Source: Octopus sinensis (lineage: Eukaryota). From it: DNA of 64,000 bases. This document shows positions 45,504 to 58,200 of this stretch, one piece after another. Position numbers and translations under genes: made by a program. The stretch covers positions 113,770,001 through 113,834,000 of the forward strand of contig NC_043000.1 of NCBI RefSeq assembly GCF_006345805.1, written 5' to 3'. The notes beneath the pieces were generated by a model. The model did not search any database, was not told the DNA's origin, and worked only from the letters and a program-made list of their open reading frames with translations. How positions within the stretch are numbered: position 1 is the stretch's first letter; every line of letters starts with the position of its first letter.

Positions 45504-46163
45504 GGTGGTGGTGGTGGTGGTAATTGCATTTGATATTTTTTTTGATGTTCTTGTCGCTGTCTTTGCTGTTCTCGTATTTTTTTTTGTTGTAGTTGTTGCC
45601 TCTGTCGTCATCATCTTTGTCATCGCCGTTATTGTTATCTCCGTCGTTGTTATCGGCATTGTCATCGTCGTCGTCGTCTTCGTGTTGTTCTAGTTATCAT
45701 CGCTGTCGTCGTTACTGGAATTGTTATTGTTGTGCTGAGGGCGTCGTCGTTATCGGTTTTGTCGCCGTTACTGTATCATTGTTGTCGCTGATCATCGATG
45801 ATGTTGTTGTTCTTGTTCTTGTTGTTCTTGTTCTTATTGTTCTTGTTCTTGTTGTTCTTGTTCTTGTTCTTGTCGTCGTCGTCGTTCCAAAAGTCCAATT
45901 TGTCCTCCGTCCAAAGATTCGATCTCGGATCTTTTCTGTTTGGCCACCACTTTCCGATTTACTCTTTTACTCTCTTTTACTCGTTTCAGTCACGTGACTG
46001 TGGTCATGCTGGAGCAAATCGACCCCAGGACTTATTCTTTGTAAACCTAGTACTTATTCTATCGGTCTCTTTTTGCCGAACCGCTAAGTTACGGAGACGT
46101 AAACACACCAGCATCGGTTATCAAGCGACACAAACATATACACACACATACATACATACTACA

Positions 46164-46255
<92 letters not shown>

Positions 46256-47071
46256 ATATATATATAATATATATATATATATATACATATGTATGTATGT
46301 ATGTATGTATGTATATAGCCTCGAGCCGACCAAAGCCTTGTGAGTGGATTTGTTAGACGGAAACTGAAAGAAGCCTGTCGTGTATATATACATATAGGTG
46401 TATACATATTTGTGTGTGTCTTTGTGTTTGTCTGTCCCCCCCCCCCACCCGCCATCGCTTGACAACCGATGTTGGTGTGTTTATGTCCCTGAAACTTAGC
46501 GGCTCGGCGAAAAGAAGCCGATAGAATAAATACTAGGCTTGCAAAGAACAAGTCCGGGGGTCGATTTGTTCGACTAAAGGCGGTGCTCCAGGATGACCGC
46601 AGTCAAATGACTGAAACAAATAAAAGAATAAAATAATTTTAAAATAGTTTAACATGCTTCCAGTCCCTGAAACATGTTCTCTCAGAGAATGCTATAGCAA
46701 ACCTAGACAAGCGAATATGTTGAAAGAAATAACTATAAAACCAGTTTCTAAACATTGAATGGCTTCGGGGCTCCTGAAGAATACAATACTAATCAAAGCA
46801 ATCCATTGGTAAGAAGTGGTTGAAACGACTGATCAAAAGGAACGGGTTTAATCCGGTTGCAAATATTTTGAACATTAGATTCTGTAATAACAAATTAACC
46901 GTTAATTCTTTCAAATTACGCCGAGATCGACTTTGCCTTTCATCCTTTCGAGGTCGATAAATTAAGTACCAGTTGCGTACAGGTGGTCGATCTAACTGAC
47001 TGCTCTCTTCCCCCTAAAATTTCGGGCCTTGTGCCTAGAGTAGAAATGAATATTAATTACAAATTTTGAAT

Positions 47072-47468
47072 GCGGCGAGCTGGCAGAAACGTTAGCACGC
47101 CGGGCGAAATGCTTAGTAGTATTTCGTCTGCCTTACGTTCTGAGTTCAAATTCCGCCGAGGTCGACTTTGCCTTTCATCCTTTCGGGGTCGATTAAATAA
47201 GTACCAGTTACGCACTGGGGTCAATATAATCGACTTAATCCGTTTGTCTGTCCTTATTTGTCCCCTCTGTGTTTAGCCCCTTGTGGGCAGTAAAGAAATA
47301 GGTATTTCGTCTGCCGTTACGTTCTGAGTTCAAATTCCACCGAGGTCGACTTTGCCTTTTATCCTTTCGGGGTCGATAAATTAAGTACCAGTTGCGTACT
47401 GGGGATTGATCTAATCGACCGGGCCCCCTCCCCCAAATTTCGGGCCATGTGCCAAGAGTAGAAAAGAA
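47072..47468 (+). mobile_element. SINE family A dimer
   Basis: Junction at about 47300; ends in tail B. Confidence 0.88.
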
Positions 47469-47963
47469 CGAACTGTTAATTCTTCACACAAGAGAAGCTC
47501 TATTCTTTTGTATTAGATGTGTTCTTTCAATGCCAGACAATTTGCTATATTTATATCCTCAGTGAGGCTCGCTCGTAGACGTTGATAAGATTTCGCTAAT
47601 AAAAGGTCGCGGTTTGTTCTTATGCTGTTCTTTTTTCATCAGTAGCCAACGAACTCTTGATCGAGCCTCGAGCCTCGTGTTTTTTCTGGGTTTTTTTTTT
47701 TCCCAATCTCAACGATATCATCATTAATACAGTTTATGGTGTAATGCAAGCACAATAATCCTTTACTACCTCTTGGCTAAACTTCTTCCACTCGCTCCAG
47801 TTTATTTATTTATTTTATCTCTTCTCGAGAAGTAGATTCAAGTATTTTTATGAAGTCTTTCTCCATCTTTGTGCAAACATGTTGACTATGATCCATGATC
47901 CTTGTAAACTGATATATATTTTTTTTTCTCTCCTTGTTTCTTTCTGTGTTTCTTTTCTGTGTA

Positions 47964-48001
47964 TCTTTCTGTTGAAGAGCGTAGGCTCGAAACGTAAAAG
48001 A
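47964..48001 (+). ncRNA. Minimal type I hammerhead-like motif with CUGUUGA core variant
   Basis: TCTTT-CTGTTGA-A-GAGC(GTAG)GCTC-GAAACGTA-AAAGA; palindromic ACGT helix III, GUA triplet. Confidence 0.6.
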
Positions 48002-48302
48002 CTTTATTTATATTCCTGAGCGCCATACTAATACTTTATTTTCATAAAGCTTCCCGTTATATATATATATATATATATATTGACATGTGGACAATGTGTA
48101 TGTATATATATATCGTCATCATCATCATCATCATCATCATCATTTAATGTCCATTCATGGTAGCATGATTTGGATAGTTTGACAAGGACTGGCAAGCTGG
48201 TAGGCTGCACTAGAAACCAGTCTGATTTGGAGTCTGGTGTTGCCTTCCAGCTTGCCAGCCTTGGTCAAGCAATCCAATCCATGTCAGCATGGACAACAGA
48301 TG

Positions 48303-48335
<33 letters not shown>

Positions 48336-48537
48336 CATGTATATCTGATTGCTTACGTCGGAATTTTCGATTGTTTTTCATTCGGGTTGTCTCTTCTAAC
48401 GACAAAGTTTTCCATTGACTGTCCTCCTCCTTCTTCCTTTTCCTCTTTCCCTTCTTCCTCTTCTTTTGATTGACTAACCTGCAGATACACAAATAGAGAG
48501 AAAGGAGGAGAGAGAGAGCGACTAACCTGCTAAAAGA

Positions 48538-48616
<79 letters not shown>

Positions 48617-48812
48617 CGTGTGCGTGTTTGAGTCTGTGCTTGTCCCCCACCACAGCTTCACAATCGGTGTTGGTGTGTTTATGTCCCCCATAACTTAGCA
48701 GTTCAGCAAAAGAGACTGATGGAATAAGTACCAGGCTTTAAAAAAAAAGAAGAAAATAAGAAAATTCTTCAAGGCGATGCCCCAACATGGCCGCAGTCCT
48801 ATCACTGAAACA

Positions 48813-48834
48813 AATCTTTATATATAAAGCTGAA

Positions 48835-48875
<41 letters not shown>

Positions 48876-49277
48876 TGTGTGTGTGTGCGCGTGCGTGTGT
48901 GTGTGTGCGTGCGTGCGTGGCAGGTTTGGTAGCCTTCAACTAACACTATCTCCTCCGAGACCCTGCGGCGCAAGTTGACCAAAATTGAGAGTATGATAGA
49001 AGAAGGCTTGCTCTTCCTTCCGTTGAAGAAAAAAATTCAAATCGGACCATGTTAACACCAAAAATTATTTACATCAAAAAGTTGCTTTTTTTCTATGAAA
49101 ATCCCTATTTTTTTTTTACAACGGTGTCGCCATTTTTCGGTGTATTTCAACCAGAAAAATGTTCACTTAAAGAGAATAACAAGCTACATTATGCAAAAGT
49201 TTTACGTTTCAAAAATTCCAATTCAAAAGGGTCGAAAAAGAAAACAAACCCGAGCAACGCCGGGCTATACTCTTAGT
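48813..49277 (-). mobile_element. Helitron/Helentron-like element with internal (GT)n
   Basis: Interior matches 14518-14919 (ggcaggtttggtagccttcaactaac...). Confidence 0.65.
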
Positions 49278-49795
49278 AAAAGATAAAAGACACGTCCATA
49301 ACAGCGTTTTCTGGTTTGGCTGGTATCTGTTTTCTCCTCTTCATCATTACAGATGCTGCAACTAAACGAGAGTCTTTATTGGCCAAAATAATTCATTAAT
49401 TCGAAGACGAAATTACTCGGCAAGTGATATGATCTATGGCCACAAGATGAAATTAAAACAATTACAGCCATTTAAAACAGCACAAAACATTTATTATTTG
49501 GTGCAATGAAAATTTTGACACCAAATAATAAACAGCTTCCGTGTGGTTAACAGCTTTCGTTTGTGTTGTTTTTAATGGCTAAGTATGTATCTTGTACATC
49601 GTAATTCATCACTCTTCTGTTTCATTTCTCTTTTAGTATCATCAATCACCGTCAACATGAGGTCTGAAGATCTGTTATCAATGTTTGTTAAATAAAATCT
49701 GTTTTACATCGTAATTTTAGGAACCAATCAATCATATTCGCAAACATTTTGCTGTAAAAATTCTTCTTTCAGTCGTTTTGTATTCTTCACTTAGT

Positions 49796-50172
49796 GGAAG
49801 CGCAATGGCCCAGTGGTTAGGGCAGCGGACTCGCAGTCGTAGGATCGCGGTTTCGATTCCCAGACCGGGCGTTGTGAGAGTTTATTGAGCGAAAACACCT
49901 AAAGCTCCACGAGGCTCCGGCAGGGATGGTGGTGATCCCTGCTGTACTCTTTCACCACAACTTTCTCTCACGCTTACTTCCTGTTTCTGTTGTACCTGTA
50001 TTTCAAAGGGCCGGCCTTGTCACTCTTTGTGTCACGCTGAATATCCCCGAGAACTACGTTAAGGGTACACGTGTCTGTGGAGTGCTCAGCCACTTACACG
50101 TTAATTTCACGAGTAGGCTGTTCCGTTGATCGGATCAACCGGGACCCTCGTCGTCGTAACCGACGGAGTGCT
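49796..50172 (+). mobile_element. SINE family C, full length
   Basis: gcgcaatggcccagtggttagggcagcggactcgc...gtcgtcgtaaccgacggagtgc; other copies at about 367-505(-), 21629-21916, 44540-44790(-). Confidence 0.88.
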
Positions 50173-50327
50173 TCCATCCATTCTTCACTCTAATGCAGAG
50201 TTTCTCAACCATTTCTTTCCGTTTTTTCTAACTTTTGGATCTTTTTTGATTCCTACTTTACTCCACTGGACATTCATAGCCATTCGATATTTTAAAAAGC
50301 AATGCAAGGCTGCGAGCTGGCAGAATC

Positions 50328-50707
50328 GTTAGCACGCTGGGCGAAATGCGTAGCCGTATTTCGTCTGTCGCTACGTTCTGAGTTCAAATTCCGCCGAGGT
50401 CGACTTTGCCTTTCATCTTTTCGGGGTTTATTAAATAAGTACCAGTTACACACTGGGGTCGATATAATCGACTTAATCCGTTTGTCTGTCCTTGTTTGTC
50501 CTCTCTGTGTTTAGCCCCTTGTGGGTAGTAAAGAAATAGGTATTTCGCCTGCCGCTACGTTCTGAGTTCAAATTCCGCCGAGGTCGACTTTGCCTTTCAT
50601 CTTTTCGGGGTTTATTAAATAAGTACCAGTTACGCACTGGGATCGATGTAATCGACTTAATCCCTTTGTCTGTCCTTGTTTGTCCCCTCTATGTTTAGCC
50701 CCTTGTG
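50328..50707 (+). mobile_element. SINE family A dimer
   Basis: Junction at about 50538; ends in tail A. Confidence 0.88.
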
Positions 50708-50954
50708 CCAAAATTTGAAACCGACATTTTCATGTGACCCTTGATCATCATGATTCCCAGTCACTGGAGTGCGGCCATACTGGGGCACAACCATGAAGGG
50801 TTTTAGTTGAACAAATCAACCACAGTACTTATTTTTAAAAATCTGGTACTTATTTTATCGTTCTCTTTTCGCGAACTGCCAGATTACGGGGACAGAAATA
50901 AAACCAACACCGATTATGAAGTGGTCGTCGGAGACAAGCACAAAGACTCAGACT

Positions 50955-51344
50955 CCACACACACACACAAAACACACACGCACGTTCAAACACACACGTT
51001 CATACATACACACAAACACACACACACACATACGCGCTCAAACACACGTTCATACATACACACAAACACACACAAAACACACACACACACACACATACAC
51101 ACACACGCTGAAACACACACGTTCGTACGTACACACAAACACGCACACAAAATACACTCACAGAACACACACACACACGTTCATACATACAAACACACAC
51201 TCAACACACACACACATACGCGCGCTCAAACACACACGTTCATACATACACGCAAACACACACACACACACACACACACAAAACACACATACGTTCAAAC
51301 ACACACACACGCTCACACACGTTCATATATACACGCAAACACAA

Positions 51345-51375
<31 letters not shown>

Positions 51376-51430
51376 ACACACGCACGCTCAAACACACACG
51401 TTCATACATACACACAAACACACACACAAA

Positions 51431-51464
<34 letters not shown>

Positions 51465-51465
51465 C
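50955..51465. repeat. CA-rich compound minisatellite
   Basis: Recurring acacacacgttcatacatacac units. Confidence 0.85.
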
Positions 51466-51766
51466 CTCTGGACAGCCAAACTCCTACCCCAGCACCATAG
51501 CTTCTGTTTCGTACAATTAAACCCCCGTCTATTGTATCAACAATTGACGGAAACGTTGATCGGAAGACTCTTTCTATTGCAACGCACCAATTTATAAAAC
51601 AGCAACTCAGCACTTTATTATTTTTATCCCAAGGTAGCCTACATCACGCATAATATTCACTCCAGATTCCTTCTAATGATAACCGTCGTGCTGGTTCCAT
51701 GTGCAATGCTTTTTAAAGATCTCTTACATTAGTGTTTCTGAACCACTTTTGTGGTTCCCTTTGATT

Positions 51767-51933
51767 TACCGTAAATCTTCGAGTATAGTCCGCTCTTGAG
51801 TATAATACGCAGGGGATTTTTAGGGGGCTGTACCTCTGAAAGACCTAAACCTTGTGTATAATACGCACCCCTTCTCTAACTTGAGTCAAGGAGGTCTATA
51901 TAACATCCTTGGTTTGTAAAACTGTATACGGTA
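51767..51933. mobile_element. Pogo/Tigger-like MITE remnant
   Basis: TACCGTA...TACGGTA termini, internal gagtataatacgca repeats. Confidence 0.55.
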
Positions 51934-52169
51934 ACGTCCTTTATTATTATTGTATATATAACATAATGCAAACGTGTAACTTTTTGTGCATTTGTTAGCA
52001 GAAAATAAAGAAATAACAGTAATAACAGTTTAATAAATGTTGCTTTTTGCAAGTTATGGATGATTCTTTTATGACTTCATTGCTTGATATGGCATTGTGA
52101 CAGACACGGTCTTGAGAAAGATATGTTCCTGTCTTCGATTTAGTTTTCTGTTGTACATGATCATATTTT

Positions 52170-52700
52170 AGACATGGTCTTATGTTAGACATGGTCTTAT
52201 TTTAGACATGGTATTATTTCAGAGACATGATCTTATATTAAACATAGTCTTACGTTAGACATGATCATATGCTAGACACGGTATTGTTTTGTATATGGTC
52301 TTATGTTAGATAGTATTGTGTCGTATTTGATCTTATTTTAGGCATGGTCTTATGTTAGACATGGTCTTATTTTAGACATGGTCTTGTCTTCAACGTGGTC
52401 TTATTTCAGACATGGTCTTATATTAGAAATGGTATTATGTTGTATTTGAGATTATTTTAGGCATGGTCTTATGTTAGACATGGTCTTATTTTACACATGG
52501 TCTTGTCTTAGACGTGGTCTTATTTCAGACATGGTCTTATGTTAGACATGGTATTATGTTGTATTTGATCTTATTTTAGACATAGTCTTATGTAGACATG
52601 GTCTTATATTAGACATGGTCTTATTTTAGACATGGGTTTGTCTTAGACGTGGTCTTATTTCAGACATGGTCTTATGTTGTACCTGATCTTCTGAAAGATA
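52170..52700. repeat. 17-bp minisatellite (TTAGACATGGTCTTATN) with 119-bp higher-order repeat
   Basis: Variant gtatttga recurs at 52323, 52442, 52561. Confidence 0.88.
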
Positions 52701-53029
52701 GAGTATTTTGATGTCATAAAGACTCTTGTTAAGCACAAGGTTTTGTTATATGACACGGTCGTAAAGACAGTCTTGTAATAGACAATAGTGTGATAGACAC
52801 AGACTAATCTGTAGAATATTTAGACAGACCTTGTCTTATGATAGACATGGTCCTTTCGGTACACGTGCTGAAGGTTTTAGACTCGGTCTTCTTAATAAAT
52901 AGAGCTTTAGGAAAGGCAGGGTAGACATTGTCTCGTGAACAGACAAGATTATGCAAGAGACGCGGTCTTATGTGAAACGCGGAATTGTGAATGACACGAT
53001 TCTACAGCCATTAGGCAGAGTAATTATGG

Positions 53030-54050
53030 GGCAGGTGGTGGTGGTGGTGATGGTGGAAGAGGTGGTGGCAGCAGTGGTGGAGGAAGCGATATGTTGGTAC
53101 CGATGGTGGTGGTGGTGGTGGTGGTGGTGGTAATGACGGAGGTGGTAATGATGGTGGTGGTGGTGGTAATGGTGGTGGTGGTAATGACGGAGGTGTGGTA
53201 ATGATGGTGGGGGGTAATGGTGGTGGTGGTAATGACGGAGGTGTGGTAATGACGGAGGTGGTAATGATGGTGGTGGTGGTGGTAATGGTGGTGGTGGTGG
53301 TGGCTGCGGCGACGGTGGTGGTGGTGGTGTGGTAATGACGGAGGTGGTAATGATGGTGGGGGGTAATGGTGGTGGTGGTGGTGGTAATGATGGAGGTGGT
53401 AATGGTGGTGGTGGTGGTAATGATGGTGGTGGTGGTGGTGGTGGTAATGGTGGTGGTGGTAATGGTGGTGGTGTGGTGGTGGTGGTGGTGGTGGTGGTGG
53501 TGGTAATGACGGAGGTGGTAATGATGGTGGGGGGTAATGGTGGTGGTGGTAATGACGGAGGTGGTAATGACGGAGGTGGTAATGATGGTGGGGGGTAATG
53601 GTGGTGGTGGTAATGACGGAGGTGGTAATGACGGAGGTGGTAATGATGGTGGAGGGGTAATGGTGGTGGTGGTGGTGGCTGCGGCGACGGTGGTGGTGGT
53701 GGTGGTGGTAATGACGGAGGTGGTAATGATGGTGGGGGGTAATGGTGGTGGTGGTGGTGGTAATGATGGAGGTGGTAATGGTGGTGGTGGTGGTAATGAT
53801 GGTGGTGGTGGTGGTGGTGGTAATGGTGGTGGTGGTAATGGTGGTGGTGGTGGTGGTGGTGGTGGTGGTGGAGGTGGTGGTGCAGGTGGTGGTGGCAGTA
53901 ATAGCAGTGATGGTGGTAATAGCCGTAATGAAAAGGTGCGAAGGTGGTGGTGGTTATGATGGTGGTGGAGGTGGTAGTGGTGATGGCCATGGAAGTGATG
54001 ATGCTGGTGTGGGGGGAGGAGTAATTGATGTTGGTTGTGATAGTGGTGGT
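53030..54050. repeat. (GGT)n-based G-rich compound repeat
   Basis: Interspersed aatgacgga / aatgat / ggctgcggcgac motifs. Confidence 0.9.
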
Positions 54051-54327
54051 GCTATCAGATAATAAAGTGACGTAAATCACGAGTCTAATGTCAAAGGTCA
54101 ACAATCGTAGGGGTGGGGTGGGGGAGAGAAAGACAAAGAGAGAGAGGGGGGCGGGGAGGGTTTCACCCTACCCTAGAAAACACAATCCTCGACAAAAGAT
54201 CTGTTATTTCTGTATTTCGGTTGCAATTATTTAATTCTTCACTTCCCCAAATACTTCTGTAGAAATGCAAGTCGGATCTGCTGCATCTTTTGTATCTTTT
54301 TATCTTGTAACAGAAGAGAGACAAAAG

Positions 54328-54923
54328 GCGCCGAGCTGGCAGAATGGTTAGCACGCCGGGCGAAATGCTTAGCGGTATTTCGTCTCTCTTTACGTTCTCA
54401 GTTCAAATTCCGCCGAGGTCGACTTTACTTTTCATCCTTTCGGGGTCGATAAATTAAGTACCAGTTACGCACTGGGGTCGATGTAATCGACTTAATACCT
54501 ATGTCTGTCCTTGTTTGTCCCCTCTGTGTTTAGCCCCTTGTGGGTAATAAAGAAAAAGGTATTTCGTCTCTCTTTCAGTTCTCAGTTCAAATTCCGCCGA
54601 GTTCGACTTTACTTTTCATTCTTTCGGGGTCGATTAAATAAGTACCAGTTACACACTGGGGTCGATGTAATCGACTTAATCCGTTTGTCTGTCCTTGTTT
54701 GTCCTCTCTGTGTTTAGCCCCTTGTGGGCAGTAAAGAAATAGGTATTTCGTCTGCCTTTACGTTCTGAGTTCAAATTCCGCCGAGGTCGACTTTGCCTTT
54801 CATTCTTTCGGAGTCGATTAAATAAGTACCAGTTACGCACTGGGGTCGATATAATCGACTTAATCCCTTTATCTGTCCTTGTTTGTCCTCTCTGTGTGTA
54901 GCCCCTTGTGGGCAGTAAAGAAA
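54328..54923 (+). mobile_element. SINE family A trimer
   Basis: Junctions at about 54557 and 54741. Confidence 0.88.
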
Positions 54924-55078
54924 TAAGAGAAGAGAGACAGGGAACGGCGTGGAGGTGGCGGGTGGGAAGGGGTGGTGGTTAGAGGAATTGTTTATACACC
55001 TGAATGATGGAGTACGAAGCGTATAGTCACACACACACACACAAACATATATTCGAGTGTGTGAATGCATGAATATAA

Positions 55079-55146
<68 letters not shown>

Positions 55147-55635
55147 ATGTGTGTATGTAATATATATAATGTATATATCTATATCTACAAAAGAGAGTTT
55201 GTATGTGTGTGCGTAGGTTCATTATGCATTCCAAAACCGAGTTGCTGATTTCGACGTTTCAGATATCAAAAGATTCAGTAAGATTTTGGCTACCAACTAA
55301 ACTATATTTTCATTCACATATTTACATTAAAAAAAATTAACATTATCAATTTTCTTTTAGTCACCTATCGTAAACGACATCTTTTACCTCCACCACCACC
55401 ACCACCACAACGACGATGACGTCACATTTTTTTATATGAGTGTGTTCGCACGTTCGTTACGTACGTTAGGCCGATGACTGACAAGCATATGTGTGTGACG
55501 ATGTATGTATCTGTCAGTATACATACATTTTTGTGACGACTGACATTCACACACACACACACACACACACACAGGAACAGTGATAGAGTTGAGGTGTGCG
55601 TTAATGTATGTCTGTGTGTGTGTGTTATCATCGTC

Positions 55636-55936
55636 ACTGGACTATCATCTCTTCGGCCCCATGAAAGCGGGTTTGAGAGGCAAACATTATTCCAGTGACG
55701 AGGAATTGAAAACTGTAGCGAAGAAGTGGCTCAAAGAACAGACAACAGGATTTTACGGGGCAGGGATACATGCTCTCATTCGAAGGTGGACCATTGCTAT
55801 TGAGAGAAACAGTGACTATGTTGAGAAGTAGGGATGTGATCCACAGAGGACCAGCTTCATTTTCATGTATGATATATGTTCCTGTGTTGGTAATTATACC
55901 AGTCCAAAACAAAATGGCATTACTTTTTGACTCACC

Positions 55937-55942
<6 letters not shown>
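55636..55942 (+). pseudogene. Mariner transposase C-terminal remnant with right TIR
   Basis: [23 protein letters not shown]...[17 protein letters not shown], then ttactttttgactcaccctcata. Confidence 0.85.
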
Positions 55943-56032
<90 letters not shown>

Positions 56033-56053
56033 TATACATATGTGTGTGTGTAT

Positions 56054-56098
<45 letters not shown>

Positions 56099-56100
56099 AT

Positions 56101-56412
56101 AATATTAAGGAATGGCCTTAATAGGCCATTCAACTCACTAAAACGAGCAGCTAAACTCAAAGCGCTAAATAGTAGTAATTCAGAAATCAAAGGAAAATTA
56201 AAACCATTTACCCTAATCATCTTTGGACTATGCATAGTTTCGACGTACTTTTTGGTACCAAAAAGTACGTCGAAACTATGCATAGTCCAAAGATGATTAG
56301 GGTAAATGGTTTTAATTTTCCTTTGATTTCTGAATTACTACTATTTAGCGGTTTGAGTTTAGCTGCTCGTTTTAGTGAGTTGAATGGCCTATTAAGGCCA
56401 TTCCTTAATATT
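56101..56412. repeat. 312-bp spacer-less palindrome, one mismatch
   Basis: Symmetric about 56256/56257 (GGTACC); only 56162/56351 mispairs. Confidence 0.95.
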
Positions 56413-57226
56413 GTTGTTGAATGTACATTATATAGTCTATTGACTATTTTTTCTTTCTCTCTAGACCGCTGGTGGCGAAAAAATTTCTATTGAATTTTTT
56501 GCTACCCTTATATTGATTAATACATATATATATACGCAGAATAGTTAGTGGAGGTTCATACATACATACATACATACATACATACATACACAAACTACGG
56601 GCTTCTTTTCAGTTACCATCAACCAAATCCACTCACAAGGCCTGAGACTATAGTAGGAGATACTTGCCCAAGGTGCCACGCAATGGGACTGAACCTGAAA
56701 CCATGTGGTTGAGAAGCGAATTTCTTCCCACACAGCCATGTCTTTGCCTATTTTGATCAAAACTAAATGATTTTCTGAGAGCTACCTGGTTGTTTTGATC
56801 CTCCCTGAATCCCATTAATCCCACTGATGTGTTTGAGAGATCTGATTCATGTACAAAAGTCATTTGATTCACACTGGGTGAAGGGTTTAGGTACGCTTGC
56901 ATCAATAGGTTGGCTGTAAATTCCATTCTCTGTATTTCCTTCCGACACTCAAGTCCAGCGATTACATCCAAAAGGAGCTAGTATTCTGGCGCTATGAGAT
57001 GCAGGACTTAGAACTGGGGACAAGGTTAAGTAACTTCAAATTCTTTCCCCACCCATATAAACTTTCAAAGTTTACAGGGTATTCTTCGTAAAGATTAGTT
57101 TATTTGACTTTTAACCGGAGGCGTAACCAGGCTCAAAAGTTAGAAGCGACTACATAAAAAATGGTGCCGTGACGCATACCGAACAGTTTTTTAACTGATT
57201 TCTCTTATATTCTGCGAAATATTTCA

Positions 57227-57262
57227 TTAGGGTTAGGTTTAGGTTTAGGGTTAGGGTTAGGG
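57227..57262 (+). repeat. Short interstitial telomere-like tract (TTAGGK)x6
   Basis: TTAGGG TTAGGT TTAGGT TTAGGG TTAGGG TTAGGG. Confidence 0.75.
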
Positions 57263-57559
57263 TAATTGCATTCTACATTCATTAATTTCGTGTTTCAGTA
57301 ACAATGTCATTATGTATGAGACTTCCAACTACTGATATATAGGTGTGACAGGAAAAAGATAAAACTCCACAGGATCATCCAGTGTCGAGAGGTTATGACG
57401 TCAGGGTTTGTTTCGGTTCTTCAGATGTCAGCTGTCACCAACACATCACAAGAGATTGACGGGACAGTTCAAAAACATGGGATGTTGCTCAAATAAAGTA
57501 AAGACCCCAGAAAGTTCTACCATGGCCATGTGGTTAACAAAGAAAAGAGATTCGACTTC

Positions 57560-58200
57560 TATCGCACAAGTGAGCTAAAGAGTTTTTTTACAAAAAAAAA
57601 CTGTTGAAAAGGGGCCAATTTTGAAAAACGTGTTCGTGCGGAGCAGTCGCTCCCTTTGCTTCCCTGTTGGCTACGTCACTGATTATAACGTTTCTCATTG
57701 AACATAGGAAGATGCACTTCCGACAGAGTTTATCTTCTTCACAACCTTTTTCAAATAACAACGATTGGCAGCGGAATTTTCTCAAACCAAAGAATCAATG
57801 CCGAATAATCTGTTTCATGTAGAACGTTAATCCGGTAAACGTTTCCTTGCACATCTGCATGCACGCTTTATTGTCTCTCTCTCTTTATTAGCAGCTTGTT
57901 ACATGGCAGTCTCGTTCCCCGATGGTCCTTCTGTAATAAGATTACTTACTGTACCTGCGGCGACATTCACCCAGGCTGGGTTGAGCCAGCTCCGACCGAT
58001 GCATTCACCACGTTTCTCATGAATGCTAATCACATCTGACGGTCGGTCCTACCGTCCCAGCAAGCGAAGTAATGCTTCTGCGTAAAGCCCAAAATTCAGT
58101 TTGAAAGTTTGACAAATGTCCCACTGGGAGAGCAAACACATCGGACAACGCGTACGCCGTAACCATATCCGTCATTCGCTGTTGAAGTGTAGAGTTCATG
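57560..58200 (-). pseudogene. Possible heavily decayed Tc1/mariner-type transposase N-terminal half
   Basis: Broken frames MNSTLQQR..., RPSDVISI...RS, LLQKDHRGTRLPC loosely follow that domain order; many stops. Confidence 0.35.

Noticed and set aside
49446-49610. Nested imperfect hairpin
   Set aside because: Short AT-rich stems; probably an old MITE and too degenerate to call.
52968-54104. 378-aa His/Pro-rich ORF and Gly-rich ORFs on the opposite strand
   Set aside because: Products of the (GGT)n array; frames are broken by dinucleotide slips.
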